IMG/VR virus record: IMGVR_UViG_3300012346_000380
Location: 128,001 to 192,000 of that record
Length of the DNA stretch: 64,000 bases
From: a virus
Lineage: Duplodnaviria > Heunggongvirae > Uroviricota > Caudoviricetes
Reading direction: 5' to 3' (one strand)
The position numbers and the translations under genes are program-made. Within the stretch, counting starts at the first letter, position 1. The number at the start of each line of letters is the position of its first letter. Below are positions 39,547 through 48,694 of this stretch, piece by piece. The notes under the pieces are model-generated. The model had not been told where the DNA came from. It worked only from the letters and a program-made list of their open reading frames with translations, and did not search any database.

Positions 39547-40215
39547 TTAGAAATTTGTTGATTGATCTGTTTTATATTTTTCCGTGAATTCACGAATTTT
39601 GTCTCTAGCTTCTTCTGCTGTATCAACGATTCTAAAAAGGTTTAAATCTTTATCGCTAATCATTCCATTTTCAACAGCAACTTCTTTTAACCATTCGATT
39701 AGGCCTGTCCAATATTCTTTACCAACTAAAACGATTGGATATTTTATATTGTGACCGCATTGAGCAAGAGTAACTGCTTCAAAGAATTCATCTAAAGTTC
39801 CAAGACCACCTGGAAATACTGCAAATCCTTGTGAATATTTAAGGAACATTACCTTTCTTGTAAAGAAATATCTACATTCAACACCAAGATCTACATATTG
39901 GTTCATACCAGCTTCAAATGGTAATTCAATTCCAATTCCAATAGATTTACCACCAACTTCATTTGCGCCCTGATTAGCAGCTTGCATGATTCCAGGACCA
40001 CCTCCAGTAATTACGCCAAATCCTTCTCTACTTATAAGAGCTCCGAATTTTCTGGCTTCTTCATACCATTTACTACCAACTTTAGTTCTAGCACTACCGA
40101 AAACCGAAACACAAGATCCTAATTCATTAAATGTATCAAATCCTTTTGTGAATTCCCCTTGAATCCTCAAGATTTGCCATGCATCTTCTGCTTTTTGTTC
40201 ATTTTTACTTATCAT
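39547..40215 (-). CDS. LOG-family nucleotide monophosphate nucleosidase (TIGR00730-like)
   Basis: VFGSAR, TGGGPGIM, PGGLGTLDE. Confidence 0.92.
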   Translation of the reverse strand: MISKNEQKAEDAWQILRIQGEFTKGFDTFNELGSCVSVFGSARTKVGSKWYEEARKFGALISREGFGVITGGGPGIMQAANQGANEVGGKSIGIGIELPFEAGMNQYVDLGVECRYFFTRKVMFLKYSQGFAVFPGGLGTLDEFFEAVTLAQCGHNIKYPIVLVGKEYWTGLIEWLKEVAVENGMISDKDLNLFRIVDTAEEARDKIREFTEKYKTDQSTNF

Positions 40216-40436
40216 TATTCTTGTGTTACTTTACCTAAGTTAGTAAGAGACCTTTGCACGCATGCATTACACAAAACTCTTACAGAATTTTCACTACATT
40301 TTACATAAACATCACAAGCCCCATTTTCTGGCGCAAAAGCTGCATATTTACTAGTAGCTGGATTTGAATTTTGACAAAGCATCGCATGTTGTCCATCGAT
40401 TTTCTTAGTCTTATAATTGTATGTTAACTCTGCCAT
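40215..40436 (-). CDS. Small Cys-containing hypothetical protein
   Basis: Several Cys, including CNAC. Confidence 0.55.
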   Translation of the reverse strand: MAELTYNYKTKKIDGQHAMLCQNSNPATSKYAAFAPENGACDVYVKCSENSVRVLCNACVQRSLTNLGKVTQE

Positions 40437-40437
40437 T

Positions 40438-40698
40438 TTATTTTTTTATTTTAGTAGTTTCGAATTTGTTTTTAATTAATTTGTTTAGAGCAGATCCATG
40501 AGATTCTGATAAAACAAACTCAGTGTAAGTTTCAGCGTCTACGTCTTTATATGAATAGTTGGTACCATTCTTAAAAGTTACTATTAGTATTTTCGAATCT
40601 ACGATATACATAGTCGAGTCTAACGTAGAACTATCATACTCATTTAATTTAACTAGACCCATTATAGGATCGTGATTTACATTTGCATTTTTAATCAT
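40438..40698 (-). CDS. KTSC-domain protein
   Basis: SS.L...Y....L.V.FKNG..Y.Y.DV......F..SESHG. Confidence 0.8.
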   Translation of the reverse strand: MIKNANVNHDPIMGLVKLNEYDSSTLDSTMYIVDSKILIVTFKNGTNYSYKDVDAETYTEFVLSESHGSALNKLIKNKFETTKIKK

Positions 40699-40761
40699 AG
40701 TACATTTATTTTAAGGTTATATTTAAAGATTCGCATTTTGTTTCTTGTTTTTAATCTGGGT

Positions 40762-40794
40762 GCTAATATAAAACAAATCTTTGACACTAAAAAA
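40762..40794 (-). promoter_or_regulatory. Early-type promoter
   Basis: Minus strand TTTTTAGTGTCAAAG...TATATTAGC; same family as the island promoters. Confidence 0.6.
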
Positions 40795-41150
40795 TCTTTT
40801 AGCAATTATTTTACTATTTATGGGGAAAAATCTTAGCTGGGGGATTTAATTCGCAGGGTTTCAAGCCCTTAGGAAAATTACAGTACTTTCTTTTTTATAC
40901 CATTATAATATATTAGGTCTCTGTCTACTCAGGAAGCCCTTGCAGACCCACATACTTTATTAAATAACGGTGATTTCGCGGCCCTACTCAAATGAGTCTA
41001 AGGACACATATACTTTTTAAAATTGAATGAGAATGAGATTTGGCGCAATGCAACCCCCTTAATAGACCTTACCTTTAGAAGAAACCCATACTTATACAAT
41101 CTGGGCCCAGAAAGGTTTCAAAAAGTTTCAATTATTTTATACTCTTTTTT

Positions 41151-41702
41151 CTAACGCTTAAAGTTTGGTAGAGTAAATTTAGGTATCTGAATACTTGGAG
41201 TAGGCTTAAAGGCCGGCGCGCTTTGCTTTGGCATGTCTGAGACGTTCATGTTGGGCTTAGTCATTTTGGTTTCCGGTCTTTCAGGTCCTTTGGTCCCATC
41301 AGCCACCTTTGGGTTTATACTACTCTGTTTATCTGTAGGGCTTGGCGTTTCTCCTGCGGGTGTTTGACTACTCGAGCCCTTCACTTTGTCCGACATATAA
41401 CTCTGAGCCTTTTTTGATAAAATATCAGAGAAGCCGGTGGTTTCCCGGTTGCCTTCTGGCATACTAACAGGCTCAGGCCCTTTGGCTCCTTTGAGTCCTT
41501 CGGCGCCTTTAGTAACCGGCGGAGTTTTGATCGAGTCAGTTTGGGTACTGATAGGTTTGGCGGCGCCTTTAAGCTCAGAGGACTGTTTACCCACATTTGC
41601 GTTAAAACCTTTAGACGTACCAGATTGGGTTAGTCCTGACGCATCGATTGCGTTGGCGTTCTGATTGGTACCTTTGGCGGCGTTTTGAGCTAAATCTTCC
41701 AT
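41151..41702 (-). CDS. Low-complexity, probably disordered Pro/Ser/Lys-rich protein
   Basis: 183 aa; AATATATA late-like motif just upstream; GC-richer DNA than neighbours. Confidence 0.55.
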   Translation of the reverse strand: MEDLAQNAAKGTNQNANAIDASGLTQSGTSKGFNANVGKQSSELKGAAKPISTQTDSIKTPPVTKGAEGLKGAKGPEPVSMPEGNRETTGFSDILSKKAQSYMSDKVKGSSSQTPAGETPSPTDKQSSINPKVADGTKGPERPETKMTKPNMNVSDMPKQSAPAFKPTPSIQIPKFTLPNFKR

Positions 41703-41709
41703 GGTCTAT

Positions 41710-42420
41710 ATATTAGGGCCCGGAGGCGCGTATTTCCCGGGCCCCAGTTTTTTGGGCCCGGGTTAGTTCGTGTTTTTAGATTTATTTCGGTGGTCTTTTT
41801 CAGGGTACTGAGAGGACCTCGGAGTGACTCTAAGGGCCCTGTCAGGCCCAAAAAGCCGCTTTGACCCAGCTGTGGCACTCAATGCGCTTTGGCTAAAGTC
41901 GAAATTCACTATTACTAATTATTAATTAAGCCATGACCTTTACATATCATCATATAAAAAAGTGGTCTTAATCGCGAATTCCCGTAAAACTCGCAATGTC
42001 CCCGGGCGCATGCGTACCCAGAGCACTTTAAGTCCCAAAGTGCTAATTCGCGTTTTGCGCTAGGCTTCATATTACACTTATGAGCCTCAGAGCCCGTGTC
42101 TACTCTAGCTCGGGTGTGCATGCACTTGCAGGTGTTTACTGTAGCCCTAGACAGTAAATTGCGAAATAGGCTTGCAGGTACGCCGGCTGCGCTGCTGGTA
42201 AGCCTAGAGCCTGTTTAGCGCCGGAGCTACTGGTAGTACTGCTAGATGGCTAGTAGCGCTAGTTAGCTAGTTTAACCCAGTAAGCTTTATGCTAATTAGC
42301 TCCGCAGAGCTGTTTGGCGCCTATAGCTCCCAAGAGCTTGCCAGTAAGCTCTCCAGGAAGCTTGCCAGGAGTTAGTCCCCAGAGCTTACCTGGAGAAGCT
42401 TCCTGGAGCTAAAAATAGTT
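41710..42420. other. GC-rich, palindrome- and inverted-repeat-dense non-coding region at the divergent strand switch (candidate origin or genome end)
   Basis: Inverted repeats 41716-23/41737-44 and 42351-63/42396-408; repeated AGCT, CTAG and GGGCCC. Confidence 0.5.
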
Positions 42421-42440
42421 TGAAAATAAAGGCTTAAATA

Positions 42441-42499
42441 TTTTTTATTGTCAACTATTTGTGGTATATTTACATATAACATTAAAACAAACATCCATT
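42441..42499 (+). promoter_or_regulatory. Early promoter plus leader repeat (related copies at about 43280, 43487, 44325, 44532, 44780, 45208, 46936, 47190)
   Basis: TTT[TG]..TTGTCAA-N10-TATATT[TA][AG]C, often followed by ATTAAAACAAACATCCATT-ATG; TTTG-N19-TATATTTA spacing matches the Bacteroidetes -33/-7 promoter. Confidence 0.8.
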
Positions 42500-42943
42500 A
42501 TGAAAAACTCATTTTTTAACTCAGAGAGAATTAGCGCAGTAGACTTTATCCAAGGTCGTCAAGGTCAGTATAGAGCTATTGTTAAAGTGCAAGCTGGATT
42601 TATGACTACTGTAGATGATTTAGGTATCGCTAGTAATTGGGAGTCAGGTGCTCGTTGGAAGACGGCTCTATCTGTATTTAAGTCATTTAAAAAAGGTGCC
42701 TTACAGACTATTGAATTTAAAGCTGATGGTACTAATACTTGGTTAACTGTCTTTGCTAGAGTTGGTAATAAAGTTAAATTAATGGATGAGTCTATGTTTA
42801 TGACTATGTGTGTTGGCGATATTAACCAAGATTGGTCTAATACTAACTTATATAGTCAAACTAATTATTCTTTGGCTGGCGCGAAAACTTGGGCTGATCT
42901 TGCCTTTGTAGCAAATGAAACAAAGGAGCTTGAGTTGGTATAA
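42500..42943 (+). CDS. Early hypothetical protein, copy 1
   Basis: ATG after the promoter/leader repeat (MKNSFFNS). Confidence 0.75.
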   Translation: MKNSFFNSERISAVDFIQGRQGQYRAIVKVQAGFMTTVDDLGIASNWESGARWKTALSVFKSFKKGALQTIEFKADGTNTWLTVFARVGNKVKLMDESMFMTMCVGDINQDWSNTNLYSQTNYSLAGAKTWADLAFVANETKELELV

Positions 42944-42966
42944 TATCTACAACAAAACACAAATAT

Positions 42967-43200
42967 ATGAACAAAAGTTCAAATCGTGGTAGCTATAATA
43001 AATTAAGCTACATCCAAAAGGTCTCTATTATAAATCGCAAATTGCGTATTGGAGATATCGCTAATGTATCAGTAGCCACTGGTTACTCCGCCACTCACGT
43101 CTCAGACGTTGTTGCTGGTAAATACTTTAACGACCGCATCATTAACGAAGCTTATGATGTTACCAGAGGTCGTATTAGCAATGCAGTCAAATTAGGCTAG
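42967..43200 (+). CDS. Small HTH-like DNA-binding protein, copy 1
   Basis: IANVSVATGYSATHVSDVVAG helix-turn-helix pattern. Confidence 0.65.
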   Translation: MNKSSNRGSYNKLSYIQKVSIINRKLRIGDIANVSVATGYSATHVSDVVAGKYFNDRIINEAYDVTRGRISNAVKLG

Positions 43201-43223
43201 ACCTAGACTGTTCTTAGATTTCT

Positions 43224-43260
43224 TATAGGGGTACTCTTTTAGAGTGCTCCTATTTTTTTT
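43224..43260 (+). terminator. Intrinsic terminator (duplicated at 44269-44305)
   Basis: ATAGGGGTACTCT-TTT-AGAGTGCTCCTAT plus T-tract. Confidence 0.8.
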
Positions 43261-43544
43261 GAAAATAAGTGCTTAAAAGTTTTTTATTGTCAAAAGATTG
43301 TCGTATATTAGCTTATGAAACAAAAAACAACAGGTATGACTTAGATGACTGACATTCAAAACAGAGGTAAGACCTCAACAGGGGCGGTCCTTTCAAAAGA
43401 AGGAGGAAGAGTAGACTCCAACCTGCTTTTTATTTTTTTTAAAAAGGAATTGTTCGTAACTTTATGAAAAATAATTGATAAAAGGCTTTGGGTTGTCAAC
43501 TATTTGTGGTATATTTACATATAACATTAAAACAAACATCCATT

Positions 43545-43988
43545 ATGAAAAACTCATTTTTTAACTCAGAGAGAATTAGCGCAGTAGACTTTATCCAAGG
43601 TCGTCAAGGTCAGTATAGAGCTATTGTTAAAGTGCAAGCTGGATTTATGACTACTGTAGATGATTTAGGTATCGCTAGTAATTGGGAGTCAGGTGCTCGT
43701 TGGAAGACGGCTCTATCTGTATTTAAGTCATTTAAAAAAGGTGCCTTACAGACTATTGAATTTAAAGCTGATGGTACTAATACTTGGTTAACTGTCTTTG
43801 CTAGAGTTGGTAATAAAGTTAAATTAATGGATGAGTCTATGTTTATGACTATGTGTGTTGGCGATATTAACCAAGATTGGTCTAATACTAACTTATATAG
43901 TCAAACTAATTATTCTTTGGCTGGCGCGAAAACTTGGGCTGATCTTGCCTTTGTAGCAAATGAAACAAAGGAGCTTGAGTTGGTATAA
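43545..43988 (+). CDS. Early hypothetical protein, copy 2
   Basis: Identical to 42500..42943. Confidence 0.7.
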   Translation: MKNSFFNSERISAVDFIQGRQGQYRAIVKVQAGFMTTVDDLGIASNWESGARWKTALSVFKSFKKGALQTIEFKADGTNTWLTVFARVGNKVKLMDESMFMTMCVGDINQDWSNTNLYSQTNYSLAGAKTWADLAFVANETKELELV

Positions 43989-44011
43989 TATCTACAACAA
44001 AACACAAATAT

Positions 44012-44245
44012 ATGAACAAAAGTTCAAATCGTGGTAGCTATAATAAATTAAGCTACATCCAAAAGGTCTCTATTATAAATCGCAAATTGCGTATTGGAGA
44101 TATCGCTAATGTATCAGTAGCCACTGGTTACTCCGCCACTCACGTCTCAGACGTTGTTGCTGGTAAATACTTTAACGACCGCATCATTAACGAAGCTTAT
44201 GATGTTACCAGAGGTCGTATTAGCAATGCAGTCAAATTAGGCTAG
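44012..44245 (+). CDS. Small HTH-like protein, copy 2
   Basis: Identical to 42967..43200. Confidence 0.62.
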   Translation: MNKSSNRGSYNKLSYIQKVSIINRKLRIGDIANVSVATGYSATHVSDVVAGKYFNDRIINEAYDVTRGRISNAVKLG

Positions 44246-44589
44246 ACCTAGACTGTTCTTAGATTTCTTATAGGGGTACTCTTTTAGAGTGCTCCTATTT
44301 TTTTTGAAAATAAGTGCTTAAAAGTTTTTTATTGTCAAAAGATTGTCGTATATTAGCTTATGAAACAAAAAACAACAGGTATGACTTAGATGACTGACAT
44401 TCAAAACAGAGGTAAGACCTCAACAGGGGCGGTCCTTTCAAAAGAAGGAGGAAGAGTAGACTCCAACCTGCTTTTTATTTTTTTTAAAAAGGAATTGTTC
44501 GTAACTTTATGAAAAATAATTGATAAAAGGCTTTGGGTTGTCAACTATTTGTGGTATATTTACATATAACATTAAAACAAACACCTATT

Positions 44590-44742
44590 ATGAAAAAAGA
44601 GTTATTAGAATATTGTTACAAAAATCAAAAGGAATATGTTTACGAAACAAACCAAAGAGCATTTGATTGCTTAATTGAGTTAGTAGAGAGTGGTACAGTA
44701 TCTTCTTTTAAAGAGTTGTCAGAGTACGGAATGGAGTACTAA
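44590..44742 (+). CDS. Early hypothetical protein (50 aa)
   Basis: ATG after the promoter repeat (MKKELLEY). Confidence 0.65.
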   Translation: MKKELLEYCYKNQKEYVYETNQRAFDCLIELVESGTVSSFKELSEYGMEY

Positions 44743-44815
44743 AAACTTAATCAAAAGTTACTATTCCCAGACAAGGTTCTTATATTTACATATAACATTA
44801 AAACAAACATCCATT

Positions 44816-45169
44816 ATGAACATATCTCTTTCTCCTTCTGAAATTCAAGTTATTAAAAATGCATTAGTTGACTATAAAGAGGCTCTGGTAGGTCAAGGTA
44901 CTCAATACTCAGTTATCTCTGCCCTTCTTATTACTATTGCAGAAAAAGAGGCTAAGGAATCTAATAAGGCGCCTAAGGTTATTGCTAATAAAGAATGGAT
45001 GTTTAACTTCACTACGGGAGGTTGGAATACAGTATGGGCTAAGACTAAGCGTGGAGCTATAGCTCAAGCTGCTAAGGAATATAAAAACTCAAACTTAGTC
45101 CCTAATCCTAATTCATTTAGAGCATCTACTCCATCTGATATGAAAGCGGCATTAAGTTCTTTCTATTAA
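44816..45169 (+). CDS. Early hypothetical protein
   Basis: ATG after the leader repeat (MNISLSPSE). Confidence 0.7.
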   Translation: MNISLSPSEIQVIKNALVDYKEALVGQGTQYSVISALLITIAEKEAKESNKAPKVIANKEWMFNFTTGGWNTVWAKTKRGAIAQAAKEYKNSNLVPNPNSFRASTPSDMKAALSSFY

Positions 45170-45268
45170 TAAATTGTTCGTAAGTTTGCGAAAATAATTA
45201 CTTAAATATTTTTTATTGTCAACTATTATACGTATATTTACATATACAAATTAAAACAAACATCCATT

Positions 45269-45649
45269 ATGAAAATTACATCTTTTGACCGCAACACAGT
45301 AAAAAATCTTCGTTCAGATATCGATTCAGCTTTGGCTATCTTATCTAAAAAATACGGTATTGAAATCTCTGCAGGTAATGCATCTTTCACTGCTTCTAAT
45401 GTTACTTATAAAGTGCAAGCTGCAGTTAAAGCTTCTAACGGTGTTACTATGACCAAAGAGGCTACTGATTTTGGTCTTTATGCTAGTCGCACTTTACCTG
45501 GTTTTAAAGTTGGTCAAAGCATTGATCTTCAAGGTAAGCAATACATTATCACTGGTTGGAAAGCCAGAGCTCAGAAAAATCCAGTACAAGTATCACGCGA
45601 TGGTAGATCTTATAGAGTATCTGCTGAGATGATCAAAATGTACAACTAA
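45269..45649 (+). CDS. Early hypothetical protein
   Basis: 126 aa; preceded by the promoter repeat. Confidence 0.7.
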   Translation: MKITSFDRNTVKNLRSDIDSALAILSKKYGIEISAGNASFTASNVTYKVQAAVKASNGVTMTKEATDFGLYASRTLPGFKVGQSIDLQGKQYIITGWKARAQKNPVQVSRDGRSYRVSAEMIKMYN

Positions 45650-45698
45650 TTGAAACAAAATAAATAAATCTTATATAAATCTTATAAATCTAGATATT

Positions 45699-46832
45699 AT
45701 GGCATTAATTACAACTTTAGGAGCTCCTTTAATCGAACAAAAACGTTCAGAAACCCTTAACTCTCAAGCTATTCGTAGAACTGTAGCTTTTGCAGACATC
45801 AATATTGTTGATGATAAAACTATCGAGTATAAAGGCTCTCGTTTATCAGTTTCAACTGACTTTTTCAAGCAATTACTAAAAATGATTGGTATGAGCCAAA
45901 CATTTGCTGGTAAGTTTGAATCTCTTTTTAATACAGAGACTAAAACAGCTTTTATTAACCGTATCAAAGATGCAATGGCTTCTAATGCTGGTGGTCTTTC
46001 TGAGGTTACATTAATTGTTAATCCTAATACCAAATCAGTTATTGGTCTTGCTAAGAATGCAACTGATATGATTTCAAACGATCGCTTCTTAAATGTAGTT
46101 GACCGTATCTTAGATCAAAATGGTTTAGAAATTTCTAACTGGTCTATTGATCCTATGAAAGGTATGGTTAACATCAACACATTTAATCCTAAAGCGGAAT
46201 TCCAAGTAGCTGGATTAAATGATGAGGTTTTCAAAGGTGGTGTTACTTTTCAAAATTCACCAAACGGAGGCTTTCAAGTTCTTCCTTATGTAAACCGTAT
46301 GTGGTGTACTAATGGCTTAACTACTGCTTTCGCTCAAGAGGCTTACACATTACAGTCTTTAGATGCTGGTACAATGGAGAAGTTCTTCGAGCAATTAAAT
46401 GATCTTCGTAAACGTAACTTTGCACCTTCAATGTTCTCTGACCAAGTTAAGCAAGCTATTGCTACTCCAGCGTCAATCTCTGAATTGCAAAATGGTTACT
46501 ATATGATTGAGAAATTTGCTGGTGAGCGTACAGACAACTGGATTCCTTTAAAAGAAAACATGAATGCATACGCTAAGAATGGTTTTGAGTTTATGTCAGC
46601 TGCTCAAATGAAAGGAGCTAGATCTAATACATCTATTTGGGACTTAGTTAACGGTGTTAACCACTTCGCTTCTCACGGTAACTCTATTATCGATACTAAC
46701 ATGCAAGACTATGATGCTACTCGCTTAATGGTTCAAGCTGGAAATATCTTCGGTAAACAATATGATCACGCTAACCAAATGCCAGACATCTTTAAAGGTG
46801 AATTGGTTCAACACGGTTCATTATTGAATTAA
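45699..46832 (+). CDS. DUF932-like protein
   Basis: NS..G...R..CTNG motif; C-terminal WDLVNGV. Confidence 0.55.
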   Translation: MALITTLGAPLIEQKRSETLNSQAIRRTVAFADINIVDDKTIEYKGSRLSVSTDFFKQLLKMIGMSQTFAGKFESLFNTETKTAFINRIKDAMASNAGGLSEVTLIVNPNTKSVIGLAKNATDMISNDRFLNVVDRILDQNGLEISNWSIDPMKGMVNINTFNPKAEFQVAGLNDEVFKGGVTFQNSPNGGFQVLPYVNRMWCTNGLTTAFAQEAYTLQSLDAGTMEKFFEQLNDLRKRNFAPSMFSDQVKQAIATPASISELQNGYYMIEKFAGERTDNWIPLKENMNAYAKNGFEFMSAAQMKGARSNTSIWDLVNGVNHFASHGNSIIDTNMQDYDATRLMVQAGNIFGKQYDHANQMPDIFKGELVQHGSLLN

Positions 46833-46873
46833 TATAAATCTGAGTTCAGGCCGCTTCGAAGTTAAGGCTCAGT

Positions 46874-46903
46874 AAAAAGATCAGCGAAAGTTGATCTTTT
46901 TTT
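46874..46903 (+). terminator. Intrinsic terminator
   Basis: AAAAAGATCAGC-GAAA-GTTGATCTTTTTTT. Confidence 0.8.
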
Positions 46904-46991
46904 TCGCTTTTTTGTGAAAATAATTGCTTAAATATTTTGGGTTGTCAACTATTATGTGTATATTTACTCTATAATTAAAACACTAACAGAT

Positions 46992-47189
46992 ATGAAAGTA
47001 CAATTAAACATCGGTCCCTTATTATTAGCATTAGTATCAGGTTTTGTAGCCTTAAACATCTTAAATGGCAATGCTCTTAACTATGTTAAATTCGAGGCTG
47101 TAGAGAATGAATTAGGTTGCGCAGTTATAGCTTTAACAATGTGTGTCCTTTCATTGTTCGTAACTTTTGAAAAAATAACTGACAAATAA
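46992..47189 (+). CDS. Small 2-TM membrane protein
   Basis: Two hydrophobic segments; own promoter. Confidence 0.6.
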   Translation: MKVQLNIGPLLLALVSGFVALNILNGNALNYVKFEAVENELGCAVIALTMCVLSLFVTFEKITDK

Positions 47190-47246
47190 TTTTTTATTGT
47201 CAACTAAAAGCAGTATATTAGCTCTATAATCATTAAAACATCCACA

Positions 47247-48383
47247 ATGACTAAGCAATCTTACACAGTACACATCTTAGAGGCAGTTCCTAACAGAGAG
47301 CCTAATTTTAATCTTAAATCTATTACCGACCCGGCGGAGCAAGTGTTAATTACACCTGAAAATGCCAAGTATAGTTACGTTGCTCAAAACCAAGGTCGTA
47401 TCATAAATATAAACGGAGTAATGGCTAATGGAGTCTTAAAGATGACCTCATCAGCAGATTACTATGACGCTTATGGTTTAAAAGCCAAAGCCATCAAGGC
47501 TGAACCAACAGCCATCAAGGCTCCTCAGACTATTAACTTAACTAGACTAGATGATCTAAACATTAACCCGGATTTATTCCAACCAATGTTAACAGGAACA
47601 GTAGTAGACAAGTTTGTTAGTCAAGACGGAGGTTTCTTACCAGGTTCTATGATCATGGCAGCTGGATCACCAGGTGTTGGTAAAACCACAGTTCTTTTAG
47701 AACTTATAGTTGCGCTTCACTCCGCCGGGAAAAGAGCACTTTTCATCTCAGCTGAAATGAACCAGATAGACATGGCTCGCTACTTGAAACGTTTCCCAAA
47801 TTGGGGTCAGTTACCAATCTTATTCTTAGCAGACTATGAAGATCCTAAGACAGTAATTGAGCAAACCTTAAACCAAGGTTGGGACATAGTCTTAACTGAC
47901 TCTTACACAGAGGTTAATGACACGGTTAAAGAGGAATCTAACATGTCCCGCGGAGCTACAGAGAAATGGTTCTTAGACCTAATGTCGGCCAATAACAAAG
48001 GCCAAAATGAAAAAGCAATCTATACAACCTTTATCACCATCTTGCAAATGAGCAAAGGCGGAGTCTTTGTAGGTAGTAACAAACTAAAACACATGACTAC
48101 TGCCATGATGGATATTGCCTTTGAAGGAGACAGACGCTATATGGAATTCACCAAAAACAGACTAGGTCAAGTAGGTAAGAAACTTTACTTTGAGATTGGC
48201 AACGGTATCAAATTTGATGAAGCCAGATACACACGAGACCTATTCAATGACGAGCTTGTATCAGAGGAGAAGAAGAGACTAGCTGAGGAAGAAGACGCCT
48301 TTGACAAACTATTTGGCTTTAACACGCCGGAGCCAGAAGCAGATGCAGAACTTGCAACTGATCTGGTAGTCACCCAAGCATAA
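47247..48383 (+). CDS. RecA-superfamily ATPase (RadA/Sms-like core)
   Basis: GSPGVGKTT, ISAEM, LTDS, K.G.F.G...LKH, KNR. Confidence 0.8.
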   Translation: MTKQSYTVHILEAVPNREPNFNLKSITDPAEQVLITPENAKYSYVAQNQGRIININGVMANGVLKMTSSADYYDAYGLKAKAIKAEPTAIKAPQTINLTRLDDLNINPDLFQPMLTGTVVDKFVSQDGGFLPGSMIMAAGSPGVGKTTVLLELIVALHSAGKRALFISAEMNQIDMARYLKRFPNWGQLPILFLADYEDPKTVIEQTLNQGWDIVLTDSYTEVNDTVKEESNMSRGATEKWFLDLMSANNKGQNEKAIYTTFITILQMSKGGVFVGSNKLKHMTTAMMDIAFEGDRRYMEFTKNRLGQVGKKLYFEIGNGIKFDEARYTRDLFNDELVSEEKKRLAEEEDAFDKLFGFNTPEPEADAELATDLVVTQA

Positions 48384-48694
48384 TTTTGTTTTAATTATCT
48401 CTTTCACCCCGCCGGGATGGAAGAACCAAAGAACTCGGAGTGGATGCCGGGTTTTTGTGGTGTTTGGAGGCCTCGCTAAGCAGGGGTAGTGAACTGCGCC
48501 AGGTGTGAGCGTTGATAGATAGCTACCTAACGTCTGGGATGCGTAAGGGCGGCTTTCTTGAACAAACGCGTATATATTCTAGTTAGTGGGCTTACAGCCT
48601 GACCTGACAGCTTATAATAATTGGTTTTGATAATATTGGATAACATTATCATAAAGACATGTGAGGGCTTGATGTCTTTAAGGGCTTAAAACCC

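Larger units (their letters stand above)
42448..44583 (+). repeat. Exact 1045 bp tandem duplication (42448-43492, 43493-44537) ending in a third copy of the 46 bp promoter repeat
   Basis: ORF pairs offset by exactly 1045 bp with identical translations. Confidence 0.95.

Noticed and set aside
41690-42121. Short minus-strand ORFs 41690..41878 and 41915..42121
   Set aside because: Atypical composition, no leader or promoter motif, and they overlap inverted repeats; probably non-coding
43315-43467. TAG read-through (MKQKTTGMT*MTDIQ...) as evidence of stop-codon recoding
   Set aside because: Long genes are intact in the standard code, and TAG acts as a normal stop elsewhere (41151, 43200, 50142, 63126)
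42441-47246. Promoter repeats as a CRISPR array
   Set aside because: Repeats are separated by whole genes of variable length, are not palindromic, and no cas genes are present
48485-48530. SRP-RNA-like GTGAACTGCGCCAGG
   Set aside because: The conserved GGAA tetraloop and AGCAG of SRP helix 8 are missing
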